Both the position numbers and the translations under genes were made by a program. From a virus, in the UHGV virus genome UHGV-0071286: a stretch of 36,154 nt of DNA. One strand, written 5' to 3'. This document shows, one piece after another, positions 18,177 to 27,192 of this stretch (position 1 is its first letter; each line of letters opens with the position of its first letter). The notes beneath the pieces were generated by a model. That model was not told the origin of the DNA. It searched no databases and saw only the letters and a list, made by a program, of their open reading frames with translations.

Positions 18177-18583
18177 TCGTACCTCCTGTCGGTAAATCTG
18201 ACACCCTGATCCACGGCCCAGGATGTTGTGTACTCAATCAGGCTTGCCATACGCTTCACGCTCATTTGCGCACTGCTTTCGCGGATATTGACGTATTCAT
18301 CTTCAAGACCTGGCAAAACATCAGCTTCCTGTTTTGTCGCCACGGCATGACCGCTGATTAACAAAACTTTCCACTGTTCTGGTTTTAGCCACCTGCCGCA
18401 CCACTTAACCTGGCGGGATATATCAGCGACCATCGCGTGAAATTTTGCATTTTGAGCGAGATTACGCTTGTAATCGGTGATACGGATCGTAACGGGTTTG
18501 TCTTTATCGAGAGTTGTTGCAAGGATGGCGTTAATGGCGAATTGTTGCTGCTGCTTACTTCGGAGGAAGATAGTCTGGTTCAT
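18173..18583 (-). CDS. ninB: NinB (Orf) recombination protein (136 aa)
   Basis: Similar to lambda NinB (…[23 protein letters not shown]…); SD GAGAGGGAA upstream of the ATG. Confidence 0.7.
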   Translation of the reverse strand: MNQTIFLRSKQQQQFAINAILATTLDKDKPVTIRITDYKRNLAQNAKFHAMVADISRQVKWCGRWLKPEQWKVLLISGHAVATKQEADVLPGLEDEYVNIRESSAQMSVKRMASLIEYTTSWAVDQGVRFTDRRYE

Positions 18584-18637
18584 TATTCCCTCTCACTGGA
18601 TTTTCCCAACAAAAAAGGAGCCGAAGCTCCTTTAGTT

Positions 18638-19339
18638 TCAGAATTCAAATTGTCTTGCCCGCAGGCTTTTCAGCATTGGCATGGCCCGCTGGATAACGGA
18701 ACTTGACATGTCGAGACGTGTTACTTCCCTCAGTAACGCATCTCTGTTCTTCGTCACCATGTAGATGGTCTCAAACGCAATGTCATACAGCTTGTTCGTG
18801 TATGAGGAGTTCAGCTCTTTCATTATGGGGTACAGCTGCTTGCTAAGGTCCTGGGCTTTTTCCATCCAGAGTTGCATGTAGCAAAGGAGGATGATTTCCT
18901 CGGCTGTGAATTGTGGCTGAATCTGCGGCTGCTGTTCGGTTGGTGCTGTTTTTCCCTGGCTGAAATAGCAGTCTTCCAGTTTTTCGAACACTTCCCTCGC
19001 CTGATCGGTTTCGAGCATTTTTGCGTGACGGGCTGCGCCGCGTTCTGTCCAGAGGATGAGGGAGCGAACATTGCGGGCGATTTTCACAGAGTAACTTTCT
19101 GTTACCTCGCGGCTAACAGACTCGCTTAAAGATAGTCTGTGCTTAAACTCACGTAGTTCATTCCCTTCCAACTTAAAGAAATGTTTTCCCTGTACAAATC
19201 GCGCAGAGTTACGGGAAAAATTCATTTTTATATTGACTGTTTCAGTGCCATACAATTGCGCCAATAATTCTGTAGTAATTACGGGGATCTGGTTGTAGGC
19301 AATTGGGGAAAGAGTTTCAACGGAAATTTGAGTCGCCAT
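18638..19339 (-). CDS. Phage regulatory protein with N-terminal ORF6N/Rha-like domain (233 aa)
   Basis: N-terminal …PVITTELLAQLYGTETVNIKMNFSRNSARFVQGKHFFKLEG… pattern typical of ORF6N/Rha anti-repressor-like domains; SD AGAGGG. Confidence 0.5.
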   Translation of the reverse strand: MATQISVETLSPIAYNQIPVITTELLAQLYGTETVNIKMNFSRNSARFVQGKHFFKLEGNELREFKHRLSLSESVSREVTESYSVKIARNVRSLILWTERGAARHAKMLETDQAREVFEKLEDCYFSQGKTAPTEQQPQIQPQFTAEEIILLCYMQLWMEKAQDLSKQLYPIMKELNSSYTNKLYDIAFETIYMVTKNRDALLREVTRLDMSSSVIQRAMPMLKSLRARQFEF

Positions 19340-19647
19340 GACAACGCCCTCTGGTTGATGAATTTAACTATCACCACCGTCAGGTGCAAATCTTTGGGTG
19401 GTGAGACGTACAGGGTTTGCACTACCGGATCAACCAACCGGCGAGCCTTTCGGCTCCCCCATACGCCCCACCATAATTCAGATGTGCGTGTGCTTACGAC
19501 AACAAAAAACACGCTCGCGGCGTGTGTCTGTCGCGGTTGAATATCCGGGGTGCAAATCCCGACGCCAGATTTTGCTGGCGTGCGAAGAATATAATCCCGG
19601 ATATGTGTTGTCGTCAACATACCTTGAATGTATATAACAAATTTGTT

Positions 19648-19989
19648 ATGTTTACTCTCATGAACTACATTATCGAATACTACAGTGACGAGGTTGAAGC
19701 TGAGATCCTTTCTCTTCCTGAGACCTTACAAGCCCGGTACATTCGGTACACGGAGAAAATGCGTATTTACGGAGCTAATCTTGGTTCCCCGCATACAGAG
19801 GCATTTGGCGACGGTTTGTTTGAAATCCGCCTTAAGGGCTCGGAAGGCATAGGGCGTGTTTTTTACTGCACGCTAAAAGGAAAGCGAATCATTATGTTGC
19901 ATAGCTTTGTAAAGAAAACGCAAAAAACTCCACCTGCCGAGCTTAGAAAAGCTGAAACCAGAATGAAGGAGGTTAAGCATGACTGGTAA
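19648..19989 (+). CDS. Type II toxin, RelE/ParE superfamily (Gp49/HigB-like), 113 aa from MFTLMNY
   Basis: Sequence pattern …GDGLFEIRLKGSEGIGRVFYCTLKGKRIIMLHSFVKKTQKTPPAELRKAE… typical of Gp49-like addiction-module killers; on the strand opposite to the surrounding operon; downstream antitoxin overlaps by 11 nt. Confidence 0.7.
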   Translation: MFTLMNYIIEYYSDEVEAEILSLPETLQARYIRYTEKMRIYGANLGSPHTEAFGDGLFEIRLKGSEGIGRVFYCTLKGKRIIMLHSFVKKTQKTPPAELRKAETRMKEVKHDW

Positions 19990-20287
19990 ACGTACCCCAC
20001 CTACCATGACACACGATGAAATGGTAGAAAAAATGTTGTCTAACCCCGCAGTAAAAGCAGAATACGACGCCATCGCCGATGAATTCGCACTACTTGATGA
20101 AATGCTGGCAGCACGAAAAGAAGCTGGCTTAACCCAGGCTGAAGTTGCTGAACGTATGGGAACAAAAGCGACTGCGATAACCAGAATGGAAAGCAATCTT
20201 GCATCAGGTACAAGCGGCCCATCATTTGCCACACTGAAAAAATTCGCCCGTGCTACAGGGAAAAAACTCCAGATCCGCTTCGTTTAA
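19979..20287 (+). CDS. XRE-family HTH antitoxin (HigA-like), 102 aa
   Basis: HTH segment LTQAEVAERMGTKATAITRMESN; strong SD AAGGAGG 7 nt upstream; translationally coupled to the toxin. Confidence 0.7.
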   Translation: MTGKRTPPTMTHDEMVEKMLSNPAVKAEYDAIADEFALLDEMLAARKEAGLTQAEVAERMGTKATAITRMESNLASGTSGPSFATLKKFARATGKKLQIRFV

Positions 20288-20341
20288 CTCTCCACTACCG
20301 CGCCGTCATTCTGGCGGCGCTTTACCCCAGAGAAATATCAA

Positions 20342-20587
20342 TCACCGGATTACCACATCCCACTCCGGCTCCTGCCATCTCAAATCCGGTGAATCATTTC
20401 TCTCAGGAATAACCATTACGTCCTTTTCCCTTCGCTCCCTTTCTATCGCCATCACAGCCAATGCTGCAACCATGATGTATTTTTGTTCGTCGGTTCCTGT
20501 TTCATAACGACGCATGAGGGTAAACTCGGGGCGATCAGTAACCTCAATGATTTCGTTAATTTCTTTAATTTCGCGAGGAATATCCAT
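20342..20587 (-). CDS. Small acidic hypothetical protein (81 aa from MDIPREIKE)
   Basis: ATG at 20587 with SD AAGGAGA 8 nt upstream; start codon shares the CCATGG palindrome with the divergent DUF4145 gene. Confidence 0.4.
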   Translation of the reverse strand: MDIPREIKEINEIIEVTDRPEFTLMRRYETGTDEQKYIMVAALAVMAIERERREKDVMVIPERNDSPDLRWQEPEWDVVIR

Positions 20588-21260
20588 GGGTTTAGTCTCC
20601 TTTGATATCACATGCCCGCACTGTTTAAAAGAGCGAGCTGTTATTGAGGCATTTGCCGAAAAACAAATTGAAAAAACACCTTTTTTTAACGTCGCTTTTG
20701 TATGCAGAAGTTGTCATCGAGGAGGTGTTGCTATTGTTGAAATCCCATCAGACCACTATCACGGTCCCATGGCGGAAAGCCAGAAAAAAGACCTCGATAT
20801 TCTGATTTCAGGAAATAGCCAGTACCGTTTCCGCAAGATCTATCCTGTGGTCAAAAAAATTACCGCACCAGAATATACGCCCCCGGTTGCAGACCGTACT
20901 TTTGTTGAGGCAAAAGAGGATTTACAGAGGAGGCGGTACGACACAGTGGTTATTCTTTGTCGCAGAGTCCTCGATATCTCCACGAAAAAACTGCTCGGCG
21001 ATGAAGCAGGAAAAGAATCGCTGTCGCAACGTATTCAGATGATTTACAAAAAAGGCCTGATCACTGAACAGATGAAGGAATGGGCTCATATTGTACGAAT
21101 TGATGCCAATAAAGCAGTTCATACAGATGAAGTTTTCACACCAATTGAGGCAAGCCAGATCCTGAGTTTTACCGAAATGTTTTTAGTCTACGCCTTCACT
21201 CTGCCTGCAATGGTGGAAGCCAGACGTGAACAAAAAAGATCAGATTCAGCCTCTATATGA
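20586..21260 (+). CDS. Zn-ribbon + DUF4145-like domain protein (224 aa from MGLVSFDITCPHC)
   Basis: N-terminal CPHC…CRSC ribbon; C-terminal …ILCRRVLDISTKKLLG…IQMIYKKGLITEQMKEWAHIVRIDANKAVH…SQILSFTEMFLVYAF matches the DUF4145 pattern (R-x2-[GA]-N-x-A-x-H) as I recall it; SD GAGGAA 7 nt upstream; opposite strand to the operon; AT-rich. Confidence 0.6.
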   Translation: MGLVSFDITCPHCLKERAVIEAFAEKQIEKTPFFNVAFVCRSCHRGGVAIVEIPSDHYHGPMAESQKKDLDILISGNSQYRFRKIYPVVKKITAPEYTPPVADRTFVEAKEDLQRRRYDTVVILCRRVLDISTKKLLGDEAGKESLSQRIQMIYKKGLITEQMKEWAHIVRIDANKAVHTDEVFTPIEASQILSFTEMFLVYAFTLPAMVEARREQKRSDSASI

Positions 21261-21292
21261 ATCACTTTTCTGAACACGTAAGCCCCCGTCAT

Positions 21293-21724
21293 TCACGACG
21301 GGGAGAACATCAATCCCTCTGCACTCCCTCGCCAGAATGCCAGCACACGCTGCATCGTTTCGCTGTTACGGCACTCGCGACAAATTGTGTTGTAGCGTCT
21401 GTCGTAGCGCCGTATTTCCCCATCTGGTAATGCCCGGATAAGGTCTGGATCAACGACAACCGGTTTCTTCGACTTTGCCCTTGAGAGTTTTTTGCGGGCA
21501 TTTTGCCAGTCCTTACGAGCCTGTTCAGACGGGAATACTCCGTAACCGGAATTGTAAACATCACCACTGGCGGCCAGCTCCATGCATAAACGACCGACAG
21601 ACGCATGACTGACACCAATTTCATCCGATAACTGCCGAATCGTGCCTCGTCCGTTAAGGCGTACGAATTCCACGATCAGCCCCTTAATTTTTTCCCGCTC
21701 TTCTGGTGTAAATGCTCTTGTCAT
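21293..21724 (-). CDS. Hypothetical replication-region protein (143 aa from MTRAFTPEE)
   Basis: ATG at 21724 with SD GGAGGTG; winged-helix-like N-terminus. Confidence 0.5.
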   Translation of the reverse strand: MTRAFTPEEREKIKGLIVEFVRLNGRGTIRQLSDEIGVSHASVGRLCMELAASGDVYNSGYGVFPSEQARKDWQNARKKLSRAKSKKPVVVDPDLIRALPDGEIRRYDRRYNTICRECRNSETMQRVLAFWRGSAEGLMFSPS

Positions 21725-21739
21725 AAGCACCTCCGGAGA

Positions 21740-22510
21740 TCACTTTGTTGTCGGTGAATGAACCGGAATATCAGCAATCGAACTGAAAATATCCCGGTGT
21801 TTATTCAGCTCCCGCAGCGCGGCGCAGACTCGCTCCCACTTCTGAACATCACTTTTCGCCCTGCGCAGCGCCAGGTTTGCCCTGCGAAGGGACGGAAAAA
21901 TCAGCTCATCTGCTTGCGTTTCGGTAAACGATGGCAACGGCTGCACAATGTCCGCCACAGTTTCTGTTTTAATTTCTTCCTGTGTTGCGGCTTCCCGGAC
22001 TGGTAACGCAGCACCTGCTGGCTGAGGAAAGGCCTTACCATCACTTTCCGTTACCAGCGCGGCTTTCGGCTCTGCTGGTAAATTATCGCCCGGCATGCAG
22101 TAACGAAATTTACCGTTCTGATTAACGCGTGCCAGCCGCCCCGTTGCGGTTACCACCGCCAGCGTGGAAGCAACCTTGCGAGTGGTAACTCCGAACTTAC
22201 CCGCTATTTCTTCACAGGTTTTAGCCCCCTCCTGAGAGATAAACTCAATCATCATGTCAGCGCTAACTTTTGGAGCGACCTCTTCGGTCAGCATATCCTG
22301 TGTTTCAGATTTTACTGGCCGCTCTTCGGTTACCCCGGCTTCACCTTCGACAGCCAGAAACCAGGTGTGACCCGTTTTATCAACAACGCCATTTTTTTTG
22401 AGCTCCCACAGTTCGTTGAGAACTTCTTCACGGCTGATATCAAGCCGCGCCGCCAGTTCAACAGAATTGGCTTTTCCCATCGCTTTCAGTGCATGCAATA
22501 CGGTTTCCAT
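21740..22510 (-). CDS. Hypothetical protein (256 aa) downstream of the helicase loader
   Basis: ORF track; N-terminal winged-helix-like segment; conserved position after dnaC-like genes in lambdoid prophages (recall). Confidence 0.5.
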   Translation of the reverse strand: METVLHALKAMGKANSVELAARLDISREEVLNELWELKKNGVVDKTGHTWFLAVEGEAGVTEERPVKSETQDMLTEEVAPKVSADMMIEFISQEGAKTCEEIAGKFGVTTRKVASTLAVVTATGRLARVNQNGKFRYCMPGDNLPAEPKAALVTESDGKAFPQPAGAALPVREAATQEEIKTETVADIVQPLPSFTETQADELIFPSLRRANLALRRAKSDVQKWERVCAALRELNKHRDIFSSIADIPVHSPTTK

Positions 22511-22535
22511 CGAAAATTTACCTCGTCAAAAATTC

Positions 22536-23276
22536 TCACATACCCTGACGTCCAACGTTTGACCGCCAGTTCTCCCAGTTAAAATTCACCCAACGACCAC
22601 CGTTCATGGTCATCCGGTCCATAATCCTCTCACCAAGAAGCGTGCTCATTGCGGCATGATTCAGGTTTGTCAGCATCCCGACACTGCGCAGTGATGCCGT
22701 CCGGCGGTCAACAATCTGGTGCAGTACCACCTGCTCGTTTTTCGTCTCACGCTGGATGCCAATTTCGTCAAGAACCAGGAGGTCCACTTCGCACAGTTCA
22801 CGCAAAAATTTTTCCCCTGACAGTCCGTCGTCATAGCTGGCATGTAACGCGCTCATCACATCCGCCACGGTGACCACTATCACGGATTTACCGGCCTTCA
22901 GCAGACGATTACCCACAGCCGCCGCCAGATGATTTTTTCCGGTTCCCGGATTCCCGCTGAACACGAAGTTTGTATAACCGGTCATCAATTCATCGACAAT
23001 GGATTTCGCCTGGCTCAGAGCATGGCGCTGACCGTCGTTCTGCACCCGGTAGTTCCCGAATGAGCACTTCCTGTGAAGCGGCTGGATGCCCGAACGATTC
23101 AGGATTTTTTCAACCCGCGTCTGGTGATTCTGGCGGTTAACTTCCTCGCTGCGCTTCCGGCCCTCAGCCAGTTGCCATTCCCGCCATTCGTCGGTCGTCC
23201 GGAACGGTGCTGCCACGTGCGGTGGTGCCAGACGGCGCACCCGTTCAAGAATCCCTCCTGTCGAAATGTTTTTCAT
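22536..23276 (-). CDS. dnaC: DnaC-like helicase loader (AAA+ ATPase), 246 aa
   Basis: Walker A FSGNPGTGKNHLAAAVG, Walker B LLVLDEIG, and near-colinear similarity to E. coli DnaC (…HRKCSFGNYRV…). Confidence 0.85.
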   Translation of the reverse strand: MKNISTGGILERVRRLAPPHVAAPFRTTDEWREWQLAEGRKRSEEVNRQNHQTRVEKILNRSGIQPLHRKCSFGNYRVQNDGQRHALSQAKSIVDELMTGYTNFVFSGNPGTGKNHLAAAVGNRLLKAGKSVIVVTVADVMSALHASYDDGLSGEKFLRELCEVDLLVLDEIGIQRETKNEQVVLHQIVDRRTASLRSVGMLTNLNHAAMSTLLGERIMDRMTMNGGRWVNFNWENWRSNVGRQGM

Positions 23277-23282
23277 GGCTGA

Positions 23283-24365
23283 TTACCCCCTGAAACCCGG
23301 CGGAATTTCGGTGTCCGGTTCAGAAATGTGATTCACGCAACGCAGGCTGACTGCGCCAGCCTTCGGCAGCGACCACGGATTTTCGAAATTCCTGTTCGGG
23401 CCAAAAAACGTCGATGCCTGCTGAACAAATTCAGTTCCCGCTTTCCCGGTAGCCTCCAGGTATCTTGCGTAACGCCTCACGCCATCCAGCACGACATCCG
23501 GTGACACCCCTTCGCGTAATCTGGCCCTCCAGGCATTGAACGCGGATTTCTTCGGGTTTGACCCTGCCCGATGCGGATATTCACGCCAGACCCGTTCGAA
23601 CACGTCAGGATAATCAACTCGTCCCGCAGACGGTCCCGGCATCGCCCGGGTTAACCCAATCGGCTTCCCGCTCATCGCGGAATCGGCTTCAGGCTGCTGC
23701 GGTTGGCGTTGTTGCTCCGGTTCGACGATCAGCACCTGCTGCACACAACGCCCGGAATCTGCTTCCGGTGTCGTGCCATCTGGTCCTGGACGTTCAGTCA
23801 GAACAGGACAAAAATCCCCCTGTGGGTCCGTGGCGATTTTTTCGCCATGGACCAGAAGGGTTTTATCCCTTTCCTGTTCCTGTTCCTGTTCCTGTTCTTG
23901 GCTTGAAAGGGGCTCTGAAGGGGCTTCAATTTTCCGACATGATTCACGTCTGACATCCAGGTGGAAATCATCCTTATATCTATCATAAAAGGATGATAAA
24001 AAAGGATTTTCCAGCAACGCGGAATATTCATTTCTTACCCCAGCACAACGGTTATCGCCAGGTTTCAGCGATTCACCAACCTGCCATGCTGCCATTTCAT
24101 GCACCCATACAACCTCAGAATCATGGTCATAGCTGCAAAAACCAGCCTCGCAAGCCATTTGAAGCCCCTTAGAAGCCCCTTCAGGAGCAAGTCCGGTTTC
24201 GTGAGCAATGTACAAAACAGGCAGGTAATAAAGGCCCAGCATATTGGAATGAGGCGAGGTCATCATATACAACGCCACTACCATACATTCCGGACCAGAC
24301 TTCCTTAGTTTTCGCCCTGTATCGCCTAACCAGAACTGAGGTGAAATTGTTGCGTAATTACGCAT
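23283..24365 (-). CDS. Replication initiator / replisome organiser (O-like), 360 aa, with internal QEQEQEQ tract and iteron-like repeat
   Basis: Position between cII and the DnaC-like gene; SD GAGGGG; contains repeat copy A (23625-23716). Confidence 0.55.
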   Translation of the reverse strand: MRNYATISPQFWLGDTGRKLRKSGPECMVVALYMMTSPHSNMLGLYYLPVLYIAHETGLAPEGASKGLQMACEAGFCSYDHDSEVVWVHEMAAWQVGESLKPGDNRCAGVRNEYSALLENPFLSSFYDRYKDDFHLDVRRESCRKIEAPSEPLSSQEQEQEQEQERDKTLLVHGEKIATDPQGDFCPVLTERPGPDGTTPEADSGRCVQQVLIVEPEQQRQPQQPEADSAMSGKPIGLTRAMPGPSAGRVDYPDVFERVWREYPHRAGSNPKKSAFNAWRARLREGVSPDVVLDGVRRYARYLEATGKAGTEFVQQASTFFGPNRNFENPWSLPKAGAVSLRCVNHISEPDTEIPPGFRG

Positions 24366-24396
24366 AGTCCCCTCGCATACAAGATTTACTCCATAC

Positions 24397-24556
24397 CGCA
24401 GACGGTCCCGGTATCTCCCGGGTTAACCCAATCGGCTTCAGGCTGCTGCGGTTGGTGTGACTGCACATTGGTGTGACTGCACATCTTCACAGACGGTCCC
24501 GGTATCTCCGGGTTAACCCAATCGGCTTCAGGCTGCTGCGGTTGGTGTTGTTGCTG
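24397..24556. repeat. Two direct copies of a ~60-bp iteron-like unit plus a 16-bp tandem duplication, upstream of the replication gene
   Basis: CAGACGGTCCCGGTATCTCCCGGGTTAACCCAATCGGCTTCAGGCTGCTGCGGTTGGTGT at 24397-24459 and 24489-24556; GGTGTGACTGCACAT repeated at 24454-24485; a third copy lies at 23625-23716. Confidence 0.75.
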
Positions 24557-24618
24557 GCGAAATTCTTCCAGATGTGGCAGAATTATTCCCGTGTATTGCT
24601 CCATGCCCTGCCTGAATA

Positions 24619-24915
24619 TCAGATATTCATCAGGATTTGCTCAGAACGTCCGGCCCCAACCGGACGTTTTTTATTTGCATGAACGTTAATGGCATGCTGG
24701 AAAGCCCGGCTGATCGGACTGATATCAGATGCCATCTGGAACGCGCATAAAATCGCCGCGATGTATCGCCAGTCGGTACGACTGACCTTCGATTCATGGC
24801 AGCCAATCATCTTTGCCAGTCCCCTTTGCGTCAGAGCTGACAGGTTGATGAGTAAATCTGTTTCTGCGCGATCAACGTCACGCTGGGATAGTTTGCTGTA
24901 ACTTGTTTGTGTCAT
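24619..24915 (-). CDS. cII: CII-like transcriptional activator (98 aa)
   Basis: Position after cro/nutR; C-terminus NKKRPVGAGRSEQILMNI resembles lambda CII NKKRPAATERSEQIQMEF. Confidence 0.7.
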   Translation of the reverse strand: MTQTSYSKLSQRDVDRAETDLLINLSALTQRGLAKMIGCHESKVSRTDWRYIAAILCAFQMASDISPISRAFQHAINVHANKKRPVGAGRSEQILMNI

Positions 24916-25000
24916 TTCTTATGATTTCCAATAGTGAATAGCTAGTTGAAAGGTATGCGTGGAAACGCATATGGCCTTAGTTGGTCAGATATCTTGGGAC

Positions 25001-25046
25001 TCGCTTTGTCAGCGACGTAGGACGAATGTCCATTGTGAAAAGAGCG
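25001..25046 (-). promoter_or_regulatory. nutR: boxA-like CGCTCTTTTCACA and boxB hairpin UCGCUGACAAAGCGA
   Basis: On the minus strand just downstream of the cro stop; boxB loop GACAAA is the same as in the nutL candidate. Confidence 0.5.
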
Positions 25047-25053
25047 GTGTTAC

Positions 25054-25254
25054 TTATGCAGTTGTTTTTTTGTTACTTGGGAAGGGCTTTATTTCTTCCG
25101 CATAAACGCTTCCATCAGCGTTTATAGTTAAAAAAATCTTTCGGCCTGCATGAATGGCCTTGTTAATCGCGCTTTGATATACGCCGAGATCTTTAGCCGT
25201 CTTGGTTTGCCCAAAGCGTATTGCATAATCTTTCAGGGTTATGCGTTGTTCCAT
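25054..25254 (-). CDS. cro: Cro repressor (66 aa), near-identical to lambda Cro
   Basis: [65 protein letters not shown]. Confidence 0.95.
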   Translation of the reverse strand: MEQRITLKDYAIRFGQTKTAKDLGVYQSAINKAIHAGRKIFLTINADGSVYAEEIKPFPSNKKTTA

Positions 25255-25278
25255 ACAACCTCCTTAGTACATGCAACC

Positions 25279-25349
25279 ATTATCACCGCTAGAGGTAAAA
25301 TAGTCAACACGCACGGTGTTAGATATTTATCCCTTGCGGTGATAGATTT
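25279..25349. promoter_or_regulatory. Lambda-type right operator region: OR1 25281-25297, OR2 25305-25321, OR3 25328-25344, with PR (minus) and PRM (plus)
   Basis: 17-bp operators recognisable as lambda OR1-OR3; PR -35 TTGACT / -10 GATAAT on the minus strand; PRM -35 TAGATA / -10 TAGATT on the plus strand. Confidence 0.9.
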
Positions 25350-25351
25350 AA

Positions 25352-26068
<717 letters not shown>

Positions 26069-26099
26069 TTGTTTTATTTTTCACGTAATAGGATGATTT

Positions 26100-26861
26100 A
26101 TGACACAGTTTCAACTTGCATTAATCGCTAGAGAAGTTGATGGAGAAGTCATCCATCTTCGCACCAAAGACGGATACATCAATGCCACCGCGATGTGCAA
26201 GTCTGCGGGGAAGCTACTTGCTGACTATACACGACTAAAAACAACACAAGATTTTTTTGATGAATTATCACGCGATATGGGGATTCCCATATCGGAGTTA
26301 ATTCAATCATTTAAAGGCGGAAGAGCAGAGAATCAAGGGACTTGGGTTCATCCAGACATCGCAATTAATTTAGCTCAGTGGCTATCTCCAAAATTTGCAG
26401 TGCAAGTATCGAGATGGGTGCGTGAGTGGATGTCAGGTGAAAGAGCGCCTGCCGAACTCCCTATCCACCTTAAGCGGTATATGACAAACCGAGGCAGAGT
26501 TCCTCATACGCACTTTTCTATGCTTAATGAACTGACGTTTAACTTGGTTGCGCCACTTGAACAGGCCGGATATACGCTGCCAGAAAAAATGGTCCCTGAT
26601 ATTTCAGAGGGTAGGGTTTTCTCGCAATGGCTCCGTGACAACCGGGGGGTTGAGCCGAAGACATTCCCAACATATAACCATGAGTACCCAGATGGCCGGA
26701 CATTCCCGGTACGTCTATACCCAAACGAATATCTTGCAGATTTCAAACAACACTTCAACGAAGTGTGGCTGCCTCAGTACGCTCCTAAATATTTTGCTGA
26801 ACGAGACCAAAGGGCATTGACGTTGATTGAGAAAATCATGCTACCTGACCTTGATTCCTAA
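26100..26861 (+). CDS. KilA-N domain protein (253 aa) in the position of rexAB; BstA-like candidate
   Basis: KilA-N signature …GYINATAMCKSAGKLL…GTWVHPDIAINLAQWLSPKFAVQVSRWV…; 31 nt after the cI stop with SD AGGA; followed by a terminator and lambda-type OL. Confidence 0.7.
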   Translation: MTQFQLALIAREVDGEVIHLRTKDGYINATAMCKSAGKLLADYTRLKTTQDFFDELSRDMGIPISELIQSFKGGRAENQGTWVHPDIAINLAQWLSPKFAVQVSRWVREWMSGERAPAELPIHLKRYMTNRGRVPHTHFSMLNELTFNLVAPLEQAGYTLPEKMVPDISEGRVFSQWLRDNRGVEPKTFPTYNHEYPDGRTFPVRLYPNEYLADFKQHFNEVWLPQYAPKYFAERDQRALTLIEKIMLPDLDS

Positions 26862-26869
26862 ATGTTATT

Positions 26870-26895
26870 CCCGGCCACAGAGCCGGGTTTTCTTT
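26870..26895 (+). terminator. Rho-independent terminator ending the cI–KilA-N transcript
   Basis: Hairpin CCCGGC-CACAGA-GCCGGG (26870-26887) followed by TTTTCTTT. Confidence 0.6.
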
Positions 26896-27046
26896 GCCTC
26901 ACCCCCCACCTAAAGACACATAACCAAATGTATTTATTGAAAAATAAATAGATACAACTCACTAAACATCGCAATTCAGATCTCTCGATCACCTCCCAAG
27001 CCACTCAACCCTGCAAAAAATAAATCCATATAAAAAACATACAGAT

Positions 27047-27109
27047 AACCATCTGCGGTGATAAATTATCTCTGGCGGTGTTGACATAAATACCACTGGC
27101 GGTGATACT
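27047..27109 (+). promoter_or_regulatory. Lambda-type OL3-OL2-OL1 operators and PL promoter (-35 TTGACA 27081-27086, -10 GATACT 27104-27109)
   Basis: Matches the lambda OL/PL sequence …AACCATCTGCGGTGATAAATTATCTCTGGCGGTGTTGACATAAATACCACTGGCGGTGATACT. Confidence 0.9.
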
Positions 27110-27177
27110 AAACACATCAGCAGGACGCACTACTCACCTGGGCGGTGAATATACAACGATTCAAATATGAATCTACG

Positions 27178-27192
27178 GCGCTGACAAAGCGC
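27178..27192 (+). promoter_or_regulatory. nutL boxB candidate GCGCUGACAAAGCGC (P22/H-19B-type loop)
   Basis: Perfect 5-bp stem with GACAA loop about 60 nt downstream of the PL start; same loop as nutR; no clear boxA seen upstream. Confidence 0.5.

Noticed and set aside
20514-20585. N-terminal extension of the DUF4145 gene from the track start at 20514
   Set aside because: The extension (MRVNSGRSVTSMISLISLISRGIS) is the antisense image of the minus-strand 81-aa ORF and lacks an SD; the ATG at 20586 has a good SD.
24386-24604. 72-aa minus-strand ORF with duplicated QPQQPEADWVNP
   Set aside because: It is a translation of the two iteron-like DNA repeat copies; the repeat is better explained as a DNA element.
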